Assembly (NCBI GenBank): GCA_028534125.1
Contig: CM052816.1
Coordinates: 99,016,001-99,080,000, forward strand
Source: Lama glama
Lineage: Eukaryota
DNA length: 64,000 nucleotides
Direction of reading: 5' to 3'
The notes beneath the pieces were generated by a model. The model did not search any database and was not told the DNA's origin. It saw nothing but the letters and a program-made list of their open reading frames with translations. Both the position numbers and the translations under genes were made by a program. Below are positions 34,976 to 49,920 of this stretch, piece by piece (positions within the stretch are counted from its first letter, which is position 1; every line of letters starts with the position of its first letter).

Positions 34976-37900
34976 TGGTGAGTCAGACCCAGGGCCCCCT
35001 CCAGGTCAGTTTCCTAAATCTTCCTGTTTCTTCTCTCTAATGCCTCTGCTTCCTGGGGGTGAGTTGCTGTGAACTCTGACTTGCTGGAATGGGGCTTGCT
35101 GTGTCTTCAGACCCCTGTTCTTGGCCATACCATCTCTTAACCTCTAGGATCCATGCACAAGCCCTCTGGGCTGTGGTTGCTGACAAGTCAAGTCAAGTCA
35201 AGGATAACTAGAAATTATTGCTCAAGAGAGAACACATCTCTCAATCTCTCAAGGAAACTCTCTCTATACATTTTTGGTTTATATGTTCACTTTAAGTGTT
35301 TTTTGTTTGATTAGAAATTGATGTTAAATTCCTCTACACGCCACATTAGCATCAATTGTGATCGCTTATTTACATGTAGTCGGCAGATGGTTGACTAGTT
35401 AGGAAATACATTATTGAACTTTCCTTATACCCATAAACCTGCTTGTTATTAAGTATGCTTAATTCTCTGCGCAGATATTCCATGTATGATTTGTACACTA
35501 ATATTTGAAGTAAGGTTGTGCACATGTGTGTGTCTTTGATAGGTTTTGATACACTATTATGTAAGTTTCATTAAGAATTAATTTTTCTCTCTCTGAAATA
35601 GGGCCGAGTTTAACTGGAACCTCACTTGTATGATTTGTTAAGACCATGTGTCACCCCCATCTCTTCTTCCTGTCACTTCCATGAATTGTCAGCTAGATTT
35701 CACCTTTTAGCCTTTCTAATGATTATCTTATAAAACGTTGTGTAGAAGCATCGGTAACTTGCTTTTCCATATCTGGATACAGAGGTTGAGTCTCCTTTGA
35801 TTATGCTGTTAATAACTTTCCCTCTACTCATGGTTTTCAGCTTTTCCTTTTTCATTTGTTTTTCTAAATCTTTGCAGGTCTGCCCAGTGTGTCTCTGTGC
35901 ACAGGGGCAGCATTATTCAGCTGTGATTCTTCTTTTGTTGGTTCCGCTGTGACGTGTTCTGGAAGTGGTGCTGGACATGAGGTGACATGGGCAGTGGCTT
36001 CCTGTGGCCTGACACCAGGTTTGCAGGTCATGGTGGGTCAGCCGGACTCCTGTGGTCCCTGGAGACTTGGGTCCTGGGCCGTGCACTCAGGGTGTGCAGT
36101 GTGGAGCCACCGCAGCCTGGACTCACCTTTCTTCTGAGGGGCCAGCACTCTGGTTGGATGAGGCTGTGGTGGATCTGCTGGTTTCTGGAGCTGTATCTAC
36201 GGACTGGAGGGTTGGCTGTCCCCGCAGGAAGGCAGGCATTTTCTTCTTTCCCCTCCACTAGCCAGAATGTCTGCCCTTTGGGATTTTTCTACATTATCTG
36301 TTTTTTAAGTCTGAGGTAGAGGGAAAAAATAGGCTTTTTCATTGAAAGAAAATCCTAGATCATGATTTAAACTAATTGTTTCAAATAATCCACCTTCCAA
36401 ATCTACCCATCAGGCCTCCAGTTGGTGGATATCATTAAAGGAGGAACAAATATATTTGGACTATGTCACTTAGAAAGTCATCACTAGTAAATAATAAACA
36501 TGGTTTTAATTTATAATTTTATCGAACTCTTAGACCATATAGAATCTTGCATGTGTTGCTTTATTAGAGAGATTTAGTTTAAAAACATATTCCAACTAGC
36601 AAATACTTTTATATTATTGTAATTATTCTTCTATATTGATTTAAATTGCAAAAAAGAGAAAAATACCCAAATTCAATTTACCAGCCCAAAGTACCAATAA
36701 TCAACTTTCACAGCGTCGGTATGAGCACGACTATTACCTGCTTTCTCCGAATGGAATTGTTTCTTGAACAGTCATGGACATAGTTTCCCTTGGTAGAGGA
36801 GACACTGGGGATTTTCATGTGAAGATGGGTGGGCGAGAGAAGATCTCTTGTCTTCTTCTTCTGTCTCATGACAATCCTGCCACCAGTTGGAGCTGAGACT
36901 TAGGGAAAGAGCATTTATCTTTACCCCCAAATTCCACAGGAAATGAAACACGTTCTGTGTAAAGTGTTTCCCTCTTCCCGGCTCATAGGTGACACCTGCA
37001 GCGTCATTTCACCTGCTCGGAGAGAAGGCCAGCTGCAGGTACATTTTTTTTCATGGGGAAGAGATCGAAGCATTTAACTATTTATGAAATCGTGCAAATT
37101 CCTCTCTCCACTCACCCACTTTAAGGGAGTGCCCCCTGCTGATCTGCCCGCCCCACAAGCCTGGTTTTGAAGTTGATGAGTCACGTGGTCACACAGCCTG
37201 TCAAGTCAGTTTATGAAGTTACCCAGTGTAATGAGATGTGACCCCCGGAAGCACATCAGTGATTGGAAAGGTTTATTGTGGCGACGCTGGTAAAGGGGAG
37301 ATTCCCTTCTTAGACATCTCTAATTAGTACTGAAAGGGTCAGGCTTCACGGCCACATGGAAAGACTAGGGCTGACATAATGACAAAATGGGAAAAAATAA
37401 AATAAAAACCACGATCAGATGAAAATTGTACACAGAATGATGGCAAGAATGTATGTGTAGTTATACGCATGCACACACATGCACCTCTCTCCAGTAGTTA
37501 GGGTGTGGACTGTTACCCTGAGAAGCAGCTTGAGCTGTACCCCAGGCAAGCTGGATGGTCCCACCTGCGCAGGGATTTACACCGCCCTCCCTGACACACT
37601 GCCCCCTGCAACGTGTGTCACCTCATCTTGAGATACCCCAAACCCTTCCAGGAGATGAATTCTGAGCAGGTAAAGCACAAGGGAAGTGGAAACCCTGTGT
37701 GAGACATTGCCACAAATGTGGGGGGTTCCCTAGAACATCATGATGGTCATGAGACCCTTGATCTTTCCTGGCTTGGGTGTCTCTGAATCCAGCTGGAATA
37801 TTTAAGGAGGCGGGAAGCTGATTCCCTGTGTCGGGCCTCCAAGCTGCCTTTACTCTTTATAAAAGCCAAAGCCTTTTTAGCCACTGACAGAAGCTCTCAG

Positions 37901-38299
37901 GATAACCTGGCTGTTTCTAGAAAATCCATGCTTCATAAATGATGACAAAATGAAAGAGGCTGTAAGAAGTTCAGGAAAGCCTGAGGCTGTCCCTCAGGAT
38001 GACTCGGGGAAACCATATTCAAGGCCACTTGTAGCCCCTTCACACTCAAAATTACCCCCCTCCCCAAGGGGGCTTTAGCTTTTCTCTGTGCCTGGAATAT
38101 GCCCCAGTGGAGGGAGGCTTTGGTTATGAGAAATGCTCCCTCAGGGAGCAACAGCGAGGCAGAGGCAGGTGCGAATGGAGAGCTGGGGTTTGGGCTTCCT
38201 CTCCTGTTCGCTGTGTGATCTGGATCGAGCTATTCATCTGGGTCTCATTTTCTTCTTTTGCAACATGAAGATTATGAAAAATAAACAAAATGAAATACT

Positions 38300-40210
38300 T
38301 AAGCATGAATCCAACAAAACACGTTCAGTGTCTGATGCTGACAATTACAAAACACTGGTGAGTGAAGTCAAAATCTAAATAACCAGAGAAACATACAGTA
38401 TTCATGAATTGGAAAACTCAACTTATTATAAGACATTAATTTTTTTTCCAAATTTATCTATAGTTTTAATGCAATAAATCAAAATCCCGCAAAGTTTTTT
38501 GTAGACAAGCTTTTTCTAAAGTTTGTTTGAAAGGTAAAGGATTTAGAACAGCTAAGATAATTTTGGAAAAAGAAAAGTGAGAGGGATCATTTCACCCAAT
38601 CTTAAGTAATCAAGACTCTATGGTGTTGCTGGAGGGATTGACACAGCACAGTGGAACAGAGCAGAAAACCTAGAAATAACCCACACAAACGTGCCCAGGT
38701 GGTTTTCGCAGAGATGCAAAAGCAACTGAATAGAGGAAGGACAGTCTTGGACAGATGGCTCTAGAACAGCTGGACGTCTGTGTGTAAGCAAAATATAAGT
38801 TAATAAAGTAAAATAATAAAGTAAAAGGGAGCTTTCACCTAAACCTCACAGCTTATACAAAATTAATTCAAAACAGATCACAGATTTAGATGTAAAATGT
38901 AAAACTATAAAACTTTTAGAAGAAAATCGGGGAAAATCTTTGAGACCCAAGGCTGGGAGAACTCTTAGACGTGAAACCCAAAGCATGATCCATAAAAAAA
39001 TAATTGATAAATCGGATTTTATTCAAATTAAAAAGCTTTGCTCTGCATAAGAGAATGAAATGAGAGGCTCCAGGTTTGGAGAAAATGCTTGCAAATGGCA
39101 CATGTGACAAAGGACTTACATTTAGAATATATTAAGCACTTGCAAACTCAGCAACAGCAAAAACAATTAGAAAATTTGCAACAGATATGAACAGACATTT
39201 CACTAATGGGGAGATATGGATGGCAAGTATGTGTATGGAAAGACGGTCATCCTAAGGAAATGCAGATTAAAACACAATGGTGCAGCACCACTCACCAACC
39301 GGAAGAGCTAAAATCCCAAATACTGGTAAGGAAGCAGAGATGCCAGGTCACTCACACATTGCTCGTGGGATTGGAAGATGGTACAGCCACCCTGGGAAAC
39401 AGTTTGGCAATTGTTTTATAAAGAGTAAGTCTATTCTTACCATGGGATCCAGCAAGTGCATTTTTAGGTGTTGGTTCTGGAGAAACAAAACGTGGGTTCA
39501 CACAGAAATCTGTACATGAGTGTTCATAGTAGCTTTGTTTGTAATAGCCAAACCTGGGAACAAACCAGTTGTTTTCCAGTGGGTAAAGTTTGAACCAAGT
39601 GCGCTGTGTCCATACTGTTGCATACTCCTCAGAAATAGGAAGGCGCAGGTATCGATACACATAACAACCCAGGTGAACACCCAGGGGACTATGCTGAGTG
39701 ACAAAGTAGGTCTCAAAAGAATTATATACTGCAGGAGTCTTCTTATGTAACCTCGTTAAAATGACAGAAATACAGAGATTGACAACACATGGACTTTTTT
39801 CCAGGAATAGGGATGGAACTTTAAAGGGGTAGCACGAAGGGTTCCTGAGAAGCGATGGAATACTTCTGTACACTGTAGTGGGGACTGATACACACGGGGT
39901 CAGATTACCTAAAACTACACACGTGCATACACACATGCACACACATGTGTACATGCAAGCACACACGTGGGTACACACTGTGCACGCATGTACACACGTG
40001 TGCACACATGCACAAGTGAGTGCACATAAAAACTGGTCTGTAGTCTAGATAACTACATTATATTAATGCCAATTTCCTGATTATGATATTATACTATATT
40101 TATATGATGACACAATTGGGGAAAATTTGGTTAAAGATTCAAGGAAAGCTGTATACTATTTTTGAAATCTCCTGTGAGTCCATAATTTATTTTTAAATAA
40201 AAGATTAAAA
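38300..40210 (+). mobile_element. Old L1 (L1MC-like) ORF2 3' part plus 3' UTR, with CA-rich tract at ~39917-40027
   Basis: 'ttcatgaattggaaaactcaac', 'ctataaaacttttagaagaaaa', 'atagccaaacctgggaacaaacc'; ends with an AATAAA/A-rich tail. Confidence 0.88.
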
Positions 40211-41254
40211 GACAAATACAGCAAAGAGCCTTAAGAAGGAATTATAGAGTTTTTACTGTCAGATATTAGAATTAAAAATATCTACTTCAGCTTCTTCTTC
40301 ATGAACCCATCGAATTCATAACAAGGAAAACAAGAAGCGAAGTGAGAACTCAGTCTTCTACCAAACAAGGAGTTATCTGGAATCCTGTAACGCAGGTACA
40401 CCTGGGCTACTAAGTGCAGAGGAACGGGTCCAGCACGAGAGGGCCCTGGGAGGGCGCCCTGCTGCGGCAGCCTCATCACACCTCCCACAGGGACATCTCT
40501 GAAGTCGGAGGTCTGTTCTGAGAGGCAGATCCAGTGTCTGCTGGTTTGCAGTGACTGGGACTGTGGGAGCCTCCCTGTCCCCTGCAATGGTGAAGAGGCA
40601 GAGCAGGTGACTACACTGACTTGGACTTTTGGAAACCATGAAGCAGGGATGAGCAGATCCTGAGAGTGGGCAACAGCCCTCCAGTGGCTGATCTTTGTCA
40701 CATGAAAAGGAGATACTGAATAATTGACCCCAGGTAACTCTTAGAACCTCTCGGGGAGTAGAAGAGCCTTCTCTCCAGCATCTGCAAGGAGCCATTCCTA
40801 TCTGAACATTCAGCTTGCCAACATTAAGAGTTCACTTTATTCTAAGATCAAAGAATAAAGGAAAAGTGAAACAGCTTTTCCAAACACTGAGCAAAGGAGG
40901 GAATGCATGGACAAAGGTAACAAAAGTGTGGAAGAAGAAAAAATTTTGCCAAAATATGTAAAAATATTATTGCTTATGATTTCCACAGGAAACAAAGGAT
41001 CTTTATAAATATCTTGCTTCTATCAGATAAACACTCAAAGCAAAGACACTAGGACTCAGGAAAGAAATGATGAAGGAAAAAGCAACTCAATAATTGGTCT
41101 TTCAAAGTCCAGGGAAAAAAAGCAAGCAGTAAGTGAACCAACTTTAGAAAGAAAGCACAACCTGGAGGCCTGCCAGAGGAGAACAGACGCTGGTGGAATT
41201 AAGTTAGGACATGGAAAAGCATCTTAAGAAAAGCAAATGAAAAAGATGAGAGTA

Positions 41255-41385
41255 TTTTTTTTGGGGGGAGGGTGAGTAATTAAGTTTATTTATTTGTATA
41301 CTTATTTTAATGGAGGTACTGGGGATTGAACTCAGGACCTCATGCATGCTAGGCATGTGCTCTACCACTGAGCTATACCCTCCCC
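41255..41385 (-). mobile_element. tRNA-derived SINE (camelid Vic-1-like)
   Basis: Minus strand GGGGAGGGTATAGCTCAGTGGTAGAGC...GAGTTCAATCCCCAG (Pol III A and B boxes) with an A tail; TSD TGAGAGTA at 41247-41254 and 41386-41393. Confidence 0.92.
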
Positions 41386-42823
41386 TGAGAGTAGGTATTT
41401 TTAAAAGGCTAGAGAGGAAATGCTGTACAGGAAAGTCAAAGTAAATATGACAAATGTACAACTGATGCTCTTGATAAAGAAAACCAGCAGGAAAAAAAAA
41501 GAAAAGAGACTCCCAAGATACATTTCAAGAACAGCTTCCTAAAATGAGATGTGTGCTCGTGGATCGCAAGGCTGATACAGTCTTGATTAATCAGTATGGA
41601 GAGGGTACCCAGGGAAAGGCGCAGACTGGAAAAACAAAGGCCAAATAAATATTTGGACAATAAGAAAATGAACCAAATCACCAATTCCACCAATAGGGGG
41701 CGTTAAGTCTGATTTCCTGCTTCTTGACAGTAGGTTTTGGTTGAAGAACACAGCGTGTGATACCAAGTAATTCCTCAGGAAGAAGTATGTGATTTAAAAG
41801 TCATACATGCAGCCAAGTGGATATTCAAATAAGTAGAAAAAGAGCAATATTTTTTAGCATATAAGAACTCAAGGGATATAGTTTTCATGAGCCCTTTTAA
41901 ATAAAAGACAACTAATTTCCACCTGCAAGTAAAAGAATGGAAAAATTGGATCAAATAGGTAAATCAATTAAACATAAGACTTAAGGGAGAACATAATGGA
42001 AATTATGGTTACAGGACAAAAAAGATTATTATTAAATATGACAATAGAGAAATATGAATATACTTAAAGGTGGTCAGGAGCTATAGTATGGGAAAGAGTT
42101 CTCATAATCATAATTAAAAGTTTCTAGGAATCTAATATTTGAATGGAATCAATTATGGATTAATTATAAATAAAATTAATATCAATCTTTCCAAAGGGTG
42201 CTTCTAAACAGCACAGAAATGTAGTCATGATTCAGTAAAATATGTATTTTCATATTTGAAAGTAAATATTTCCTGGAACTATTGCACATACAGTATTCCT
42301 TCTTCTAGGCACTAAGTTTATGAGAGAAGTTAATAGTAGTTTATGTGATTATCATCTAAGGACTGTTTAGAATCTTTAAAAAAGATTTGGATCAGATACT
42401 TCCTATTTCACATTTCACTGTCCTCATCTACTATTAATCCCCCCAAAAGTTTGCTACATTTTTTAATCTTTATGCTTTTATCTTTATGGCTCTTTCCAAT
42501 CACTTGGGTGTACATACCTTGTTTTCTGGATTGGAATTTGGGCTCCACAAAGTGTGTTGATATGCATGAATCATAGAATCTGCCACTGATCTGTAGGAGA
42601 CACAAATGTGGCCTTTATGTTATCTATTTGCCCACACAGGGCAAATGAAATTCTCAGACAATTTGAGTGAGGCCACCAGGGTCACTCAGCTAAAGAATGG
42701 AGAGAATGTGCTAGAGCTCAAGCCCTTGACTCCAAAAAACCAGTGTTTTGATGTTGCATAATATCCTATTTTTCTATTGAATTATTTCAGTGCTGTTGAA
42801 AGTCATATATGGTTGGCTTTGTA

Positions 42824-42913
42824 ATCATTATCATCACCATCATCATCATCACTGCCATCATCATCACCGCCATCATTATCACCACCATGATCATCATCAT
42901 CACCATCATCATT
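42824..42913 (+). repeat. Imperfect (CAT/CAC)n microsatellite
   Basis: atcatcaccatcatcatcatc... seen directly. Confidence 0.9.
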
Positions 42914-45542
42914 AGTCAACAATTCTTGGAACTATGTCTTCTAGTGTCTTTTCTCCCCTAAAAAAAATACTCCTACTTCAGTATCTTCAGTGACTCTTGC
43001 CATAAATGTATCATTTTCCCCAAATTTCTCTATGAAAATATTCCCTCAATAAAATAAGAAAAGGAATGCAAAGGAAGAAAATAAACTGAGATATGTGTGA
43101 ACTTTCATATAGATGCATATACCCTGTTTTCATAGTCTCGCCCACAAGAAGGATGTGTCAGCAAATTTAGGTCAACCTAGAAATGGAGACACTTTGAGAG
43201 ACAAAATGTCACCTGATTATCTGCTAGAATGGCACAAAATTAGGCGGAAAAAGAATCTTTGATACTGGACACTTAAATATTATCTATTACATCTTAGTGT
43301 TTCAGATGATTTCTCATATTTAAAAATCATTTTCTACAACATTGTATAATGATTATAAATCAAAAAAAGTTAAAAAATAAAAATCTTACTTAACACACAC
43401 CAAAAAAATCATTTTCTGCTTTTTGTTTCATTTTTGCACATGTATGTCCTACTGACTGTCATAAAAATTCTCCTTTCCTCACTTTATATTATCTTACTTT
43501 TCTTTGTCTTCATAGCTGACGTTATAATATGTATCTAGTTTATTATCATTACCTGTCTTTCTAGTAAAAAGAAGCATTGTAATGACAAGGAACTTATTTT
43601 ACTCACATTACACCCACAACATCTCACATATTAGGTACCATTTACAATCTCAAACTTTTGTTTATTGGTTTCTGTATTTAAATGCTCATCATTAAAAGAA
43701 TAACAACAACAACAAAGCATCACCTTTACCTCAGTAACTGCTTTCCACATTCAAGCTTACCTCTCGGGTGGAACCAAAGCAAAAAGAGACAGACACCCAA
43801 CACAAACACCAAATGCTGAGCAGCTGACAGTCTCCAGGGACGTCTGAGGGAAGGTGCTTGTCACCTAGGTCGCTTCCTGGAGTTCACTCACTGAAGTCAC
43901 TTCCAAGTAACATATTTATGGCAACGAAGACGCTTCAGATACAAACTAACACAGCTAATGTGGAATTGTAGCTGAAATAATTCATCTGAAAGCATTTTTA
44001 TTCAGTAGTAAGACACGTTATCCACTGCTTCACAAGCCCGCTGGTAGCAAATAAAACCTGAATTTCTTTGTCATTAACATGACCTTTTTTGGCACTCCGT
44101 TCTTTCTTGGCTAGCGAGAAAATTACCCAGGGAGATGGACGGCTTTCAGGTTGGAATCTTCACAGAAATGTTGAACATGAAAATGTACAAAACATACTAT
44201 TTGAGGAGAACAAGCAAACTACTCTTTCTATGATTAATATTTCACCACAGGTGTTTTGTAACAAAACAAGAATTTTTAAATATTAATTGAATAAACTATA
44301 GAACGACTCACTGTAGGTGACCTTAGACAACAGTATTGTTACAGGGTCTTTCTGGTGGCAGCAACCATCACAAAAAGATGGAAAACCTTACAAGAGACCT
44401 TGATGAGACTTGCTGGTGGGTGACTAGAAGACTGGTTTGTCTTTTTCCTCTTTAATGTGGTTTAAATATTTTAACTTTTACACTCAAAGCAAAGACATAT
44501 TCACGTGATTACAGATACATGATGTGATCAGTTCTATAATTAACCTTCTTAAAAATTCCTTATTTTCAGGTATATCCAAAATGTACCTCAAGATGACCAA
44601 ATATCATGTAATGATGTATGGGGAATTACAAGCAGATATAGCTTATAATAATATAAAAACAGCTACATGGAATTTTTGGTGTGCAGGCTACGAGATAACT
44701 CCACAGTCCCTTTCATGAATCCACAAGATTTAAAATGCTTATTTTTATCTTGAGGTTTTATGTTTTAATCTGTCTCAAGCCACAGATGAGGTCTCACAAA
44801 TATCCTGGGAATAAAAATCAAATAAATTTGACACATTTTGGGGAGAAAGACATTTTTCCAGTGATATGTTTGGAATGATGAGCTGGCTTCTGGGAGGAGT
44901 GCTAGGGTTATGAGCGAGGGTACCACTTTTTGGAAGGACTGCACGCAACTGTGTTCAGTAACAGGTTTTGATCCTTTTACAATTAGGAACAAATCACAGT
45001 AAAGGAGACATCAAAGACAAGGCTTGGGTCGCAGTGGTGGTTTCACGGAGAGGGTGATAAACTCACAGGCATGTAAGGGTCCCACATTTATCAGGTGTGA
45101 TGCCATTTAAATTAAAGTTATGGCTAATTCATTAGATGTCCTCCGAGTCCCCTGCTAGACTGTCACAGTCAACCCACGCTAGATTTCTGCCACAAAGTCA
45201 TTAAAAAGATGCATGGGTCCCTGAGTCCTCAGCTAACTTTCCACGTCGGAGCCCAGTGACTTACAACTTCCATTCTTGCGGGCAGCAGGGGTGTTTGTCA
45301 GCTATTATGACTGGACTTCCAGAGGTACTCAATTTACAGTATCTAGAGTGGAGTGAAAATGAATGAACATCTGTACGTTTACTCAGATACTATGTCAGGC
45401 GATACGAAATTAGCTGTCATAACAAGTCCATAAAGCCTTAACACACTATTTGTCTTGCTCAGTTTATAAAGCACATAAACTATGGGAAGCTGATCTAAGC
45501 TGGCTCGTTGGAGGACAGGCTGATCTCACGGTAATGAGAGTC

Positions 45543-45613
45543 TCACATGGGTTTGACCCCGCTGAGGAATTCTTCTTCACCAGTAGGTTCTCTCATTTCA
45601 TTCGCATGTGGAA
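45543..45613 (-). CDS. Candidate terminal coding exon of an unidentified - strand gene
   Basis: Acceptor 'gtgttgcctacag|'; phase-1 frame xPHANEMREPTGEEEFLSGVKPM* (TGA 45545-45543); downstream AATAAA (minus) at 44002-43997. Confidence 0.25.
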
Positions 45614-47309
45614 CTGTAGGCAACACGCCCATCAATTTGCCTTTCTCTTCGTTCCTTTATCTTCTATTAAAACTTTATTTTAAAGAAAGATTTATAAATA
45701 TCTTTCTTTCTGCTTACAACACCAAGCCTGCCAATAATAATTTGCAGTTCACATCCAGGGATGTTCTAGCGGGAAAATGTGAGGATAAGTGACACTTGCT
45801 CTCCAAAGCAGTTTATAAAGAGAGAGATTCTGGCAGGTGAAGAATTTAAAAGGCCACCTCTTTGATGGGACTCTTGTAATTTACAAAACACTTGAAAAAT
45901 GAGCCAATCTTCTTCAAGTGAGGGAGTAGGCTGATGTCCATGCTTTATCTAATATTAGGGGACTTCAGTGTGGATTCCTGTTGACACCAGGATTTTCAGG
46001 CCAGAGCGCATGGGAGACACTTCACACAAGGTTTTACGTTCTAAGACTGTAGAATTTGTAGGGAAAGATTTAGACCCGTGGCTTCAAACAGCATCTCTAT
46101 TTTACAAATGTGGCAAGTGTCCCACCTGAACTTTGAGCCTATTCTCATGTTCCTGAAAATACTTTATAAATTGCATGGAGAAAAGCCTTTGTCCATGTGC
46201 ATAGGTCACATTTTCTGAAATATTACTTATGCAAGAGAAAACAGGAGATTGCGCATGAGAGGGGGTGGGGTACAGGGACCAGGTTTTTAGCTCTTTTAGT
46301 TTTAATTTACTCATTTTATGTAGATTCTAATAGTGGAAAAGTACTCTTTGGGTAGTAAATCTACAAATTAAAGTTCAACAACTAGTAAAGAACAAATAAA
46401 TGGTTGGGGAGCAGGTAACTTTTTTTATGCGGTTTCCTAATTGACTTTGGTATTATTTTAGCGGGATTGAATTTTAAAATAAACTCATTGTGTAAATATA
46501 GAAGTGATTTAAAGCAAAGGAAGGTCGAAGACAAGTTAAAAACAGCCTTAAATCTACTACATGATGGCTCATCAATTGAACATTTTGAAAGATCTTTTTC
46601 CTATGCAAATCTTTATATATCTTGAGATCATATTATGTGTAATTTCCTTTCATTATTTTTCCCTTAAAATTGTAGCAGTGATTTTTTTCATTTTATTAGA
46701 TTCCTTTAATTGCATGTGTCCAGCATAATAGTCAGCTGTCACTTACAGTAACTGTCAACTGTAAAGAGTGTGAACTCTGCCCGAGTGTGGATGATGCTTC
46801 CGTAAACATCATCATGCTCAACTCGGCTTAGCTTCTCACTATTTCTGAGAGCAAGAAGCAGAAGAAAGAAGGCTTATGGCTTCAAAAGACCTGAACCGTT
46901 CTGAGTGCGTTTGATACACAGTAATGAACAGCTTTCTGCACGTGTGTTGTTGCCTTCTGCAGATGGTGCTCTTGCTTTAAAACTTTCCTGTCTGGTAGGA
47001 ATTCAGATGTTTCATCACTGACTTGGTTTCACTTGATTTGAGTTCAGAATTTAACAGAGTCAGGACCTGCCAATACTTAGAGAATCTGATTTTAAAGTGG
47101 AACATTTAAGCAAAATATCAAAAACAGACACAGATCTTGTCTCTACTACCCGCACAGGCTGAACTGCAGAATTCCTGGGAACCCCTTCATCACAGCCCAT
47201 CTGATGGTCACGGAACAACCGCTGCCAACTGCCTTCTTCCTGGTCCACAGAAAAGATCTTTCTCTGTGCCAGTTCCTGGAGAACTCAAATCCCTTTCTGT
47301 TTTGCTGAA

Positions 47310-47740
47310 GAACAGCTTTTAGTTTCATTGATTTTTTTCTCCATTGTTTTTCTTTTATCAATTTTGTTGATTCTTATATTCATCTTTATTTTTCTATTAC
47401 TTGAATTTGTTTTCAATTTAATTTGCCCTATTTTCTACTTTCTAAGGTAGATGTGTACATTATTGATTTGAAATATTTCTTATTTTTAATATAATTTTAA
47501 CACTATAAAGTTTCCTTTCAGCATGCCACATACTTTGATATGTGACCCTTCTTTTTTTTTTCTTTTTTGCATTGCTATTCAATTTAAAGTATTTATTAAT
47601 TTCACTTCTGGTTGGTTCTTTGACCCAGGGGATGTAAAAAAGTGTGATTTATTTAATTTTCATTATTTTGCAATTTAATTCAAATTTAATTCCATTATGA
47701 TTAGACTATCTTGTTTGATTCCATTGACTTAAATTTTGAG
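47310..47740 (-). mobile_element. Old L1 ORF2 fragment
   Basis: 'agaacagcttttagtttcattgatttttttct...ataaagtttcctttcagc' is typical antisense L1 ORF2. Confidence 0.7.
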
Positions 47741-48129
47741 ATACACAGCAGTCTGGAGACCATGCAGAACCACATGAATAGCCAGTGTTCATTCAAAACT
47801 GATTGTATTCTACTGAAGGTTGGATTTTTATTCCTTCAAATTGCAGATATGTGTAAAATTTTAATTTTTAAAAAATAATGTTTCAGGCTATAAAAATACG
47901 TCAGAAGCTCAAAATTTTAGGTCTTGGTTTCAGAGTGTAGGGCATAGGACATCTAACTGTTATTTATGTTTCATATGGAAATGAGTCTTTCTCACTCCCC
48001 CAACCTCAAAAAAGGAAAAAAAAATGTGTTCCCCAAACTTCAGATTTTTTTCTAATGGCCTAGTGGATACGTTAGAATTCTCAAAAATGTGATTTGTCGC
48101 ATGCTTTAAAACATAATAAATATTTTACG

Positions 48130-48497
48130 TGTCTTAGCTGGGGGAGCTAGAGCAAGACACCATAGACTGGGAGCTTAAATAAGACATTCGTTTTCCCCAG
48201 TTCTGGAGAAGGGAAGTCCAGGATCAAGAAGCTGATGGATTTGGTGTCTGGTAAGGGCTCTCTTCTGGCTTGCAGATGGCCACCATGTCGCTGTGCCTTC
48301 CAAAATCTCTTCTTTGAGTTTGGCCAGAGAGAGAGCTCTGTCCTCCCCTTGTGAGGACAGTAACCCCTTCCTCACCTGCATGACCTCATCCGAACCGCGT
48401 TGCCTCCCAAAGGCCCAGCCTCCTTACACCATCACATTGGGGGTTGGGGCTTCAACACACAAATTTTGAGGGGCCAAAAACATTCAATCCGTAATAA
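48130..48497 (-). mobile_element. MaLR solo LTR (MLT1A0-like)
   Basis: 'caccatagactgggagctt...cagttctggagaagggaagtccaggatcaag...cttgcagatggcc...catcacattgggggttggggcttcaaca'. Confidence 0.85.
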
Positions 48498-49249
48498 TAT
48501 GTAAGTGCCCCTCATCCTTGGAAACTTGTAAGAGTGGATTCAAAATGAAATAAACTATAAAAACTATTTCTTATACAAAATGACTTAGTATCTGTTCTGT
48601 CTACATGTTACAGATTCATACACAGAAAACAATAAAGATTAGGAGCACAGACAGAGTCAAACAAAAATGAATCTCCCAGAAGTACGACTAAAACCATGTG
48701 AGAGAAGAGTTGCAGTTAGCAAGATACTGTTAATATGATAAAGCTTTTCATTATTAATGCTAAAGTCAAATTTAAACCAACAGTATTAAGTGTGCCAAAG
48801 TGAACATTATTAGCTAATTATATATTTTATTCCAATTTCAGAGGATTGGAAATCTTTGTTCTGTGTAATATGCAATTGAAATCATAAAGTAAAATGTGTA
48901 TACATGAAGGAGCTGATCAAAATTCCATGGTTTTGAGAGACATCAGCACAGCTCTATCAGCTCTAGATGGAAAATACATACAAAAGTTTAACAGTCTATG
49001 TAATTAGTGAGAAAGAAAAAACAATAAAGTCAAGGACAGCGTAGAGGAAGAAATAAAGATAAAGGCCTACTCTGGACAAACTGTGGGTTCAGATTTAACT
49101 CTGATGGAACCTTCAATAAGATGCTTCAAAATACTATGCCTCAGTTTTCTCATCTGTAAAATGGATTGTGTTAGAATTGATTAAGATAATGGGAGAAAAT
49201 ACAAATATTCAGTCAGTGCTGTGTTGTGTTTTCTGCATAGACAAACTTA

Positions 49250-49920
49250 AAATAAATGGAATTCCGACCTCATACCCTTCGCCAATATAAAGTCCAAATA
49301 TATAAAATACACTTACTTTTTAAAAATGTGAAACCATAAGAATGCTGGAAGAAAACATAGGTAGATTTTTAAAATATCACCTCAAAATAAGAAATACTCC
49401 TCTAAATATGACAAAAACCTCAGAAGCCCTGCAGATAAGAAGTGATAGATTTCACTGTATTAAGTAAAATATGCATGGTTTAAAAACATCATAAAGTCAA
49501 AACCCAGATGACAGATGGAGGAAATATTCATAACTAATATCAATGGGCCAAGATAAAAGAAAATTCCATAAATCAGTAGTGCAAAGACCAACACAAAGAA
49601 AAATGTGTCAAAGAACATAAAGAGTTTTAGAAAATGAAACATGAATGCTTTTAAGTATGTGAAACAATAGTCGAATCATTCATTAAAATGAATGGAAAAT
49701 GAAATGAAAACAAATAACTTTTCTCACGTGGTCCCACTGGCAGTGACTTAAAATTCGAAAACCCCTCTTGGTGAATGTGGGGAAGCAGCTGTCCGTTCAT
49801 GTTGGTTTGAAGCATCAGTTGCCATCAGTTATGGAAGGTGATTTGTCCACGCGTTTCCTAATTTAATTCACCGGCCCTTTTACCCAGAAGGTCCCCTTCT
49901 AGGACTCTGCCTCAAAGACA
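49250..49920 (+). mobile_element. Old L1 (L1ME-like) fragment
   Basis: 'gaaaccataagaatgctggaagaaaacatagg', 'tggtgaatgtggggaagcag'. Confidence 0.65.

Noticed and set aside
39352..40005. 217-aa minus-strand ORF
   Set aside because: Lies antisense within an old L1 and begins in a TG/CA low-complexity tract; not a gene.
41310..41385. tRNA-like sequence (also 60388-60460)
   Set aside because: A/B boxes are followed by SINE tails and flanked by TSDs; these are SINEs, not tRNA genes.
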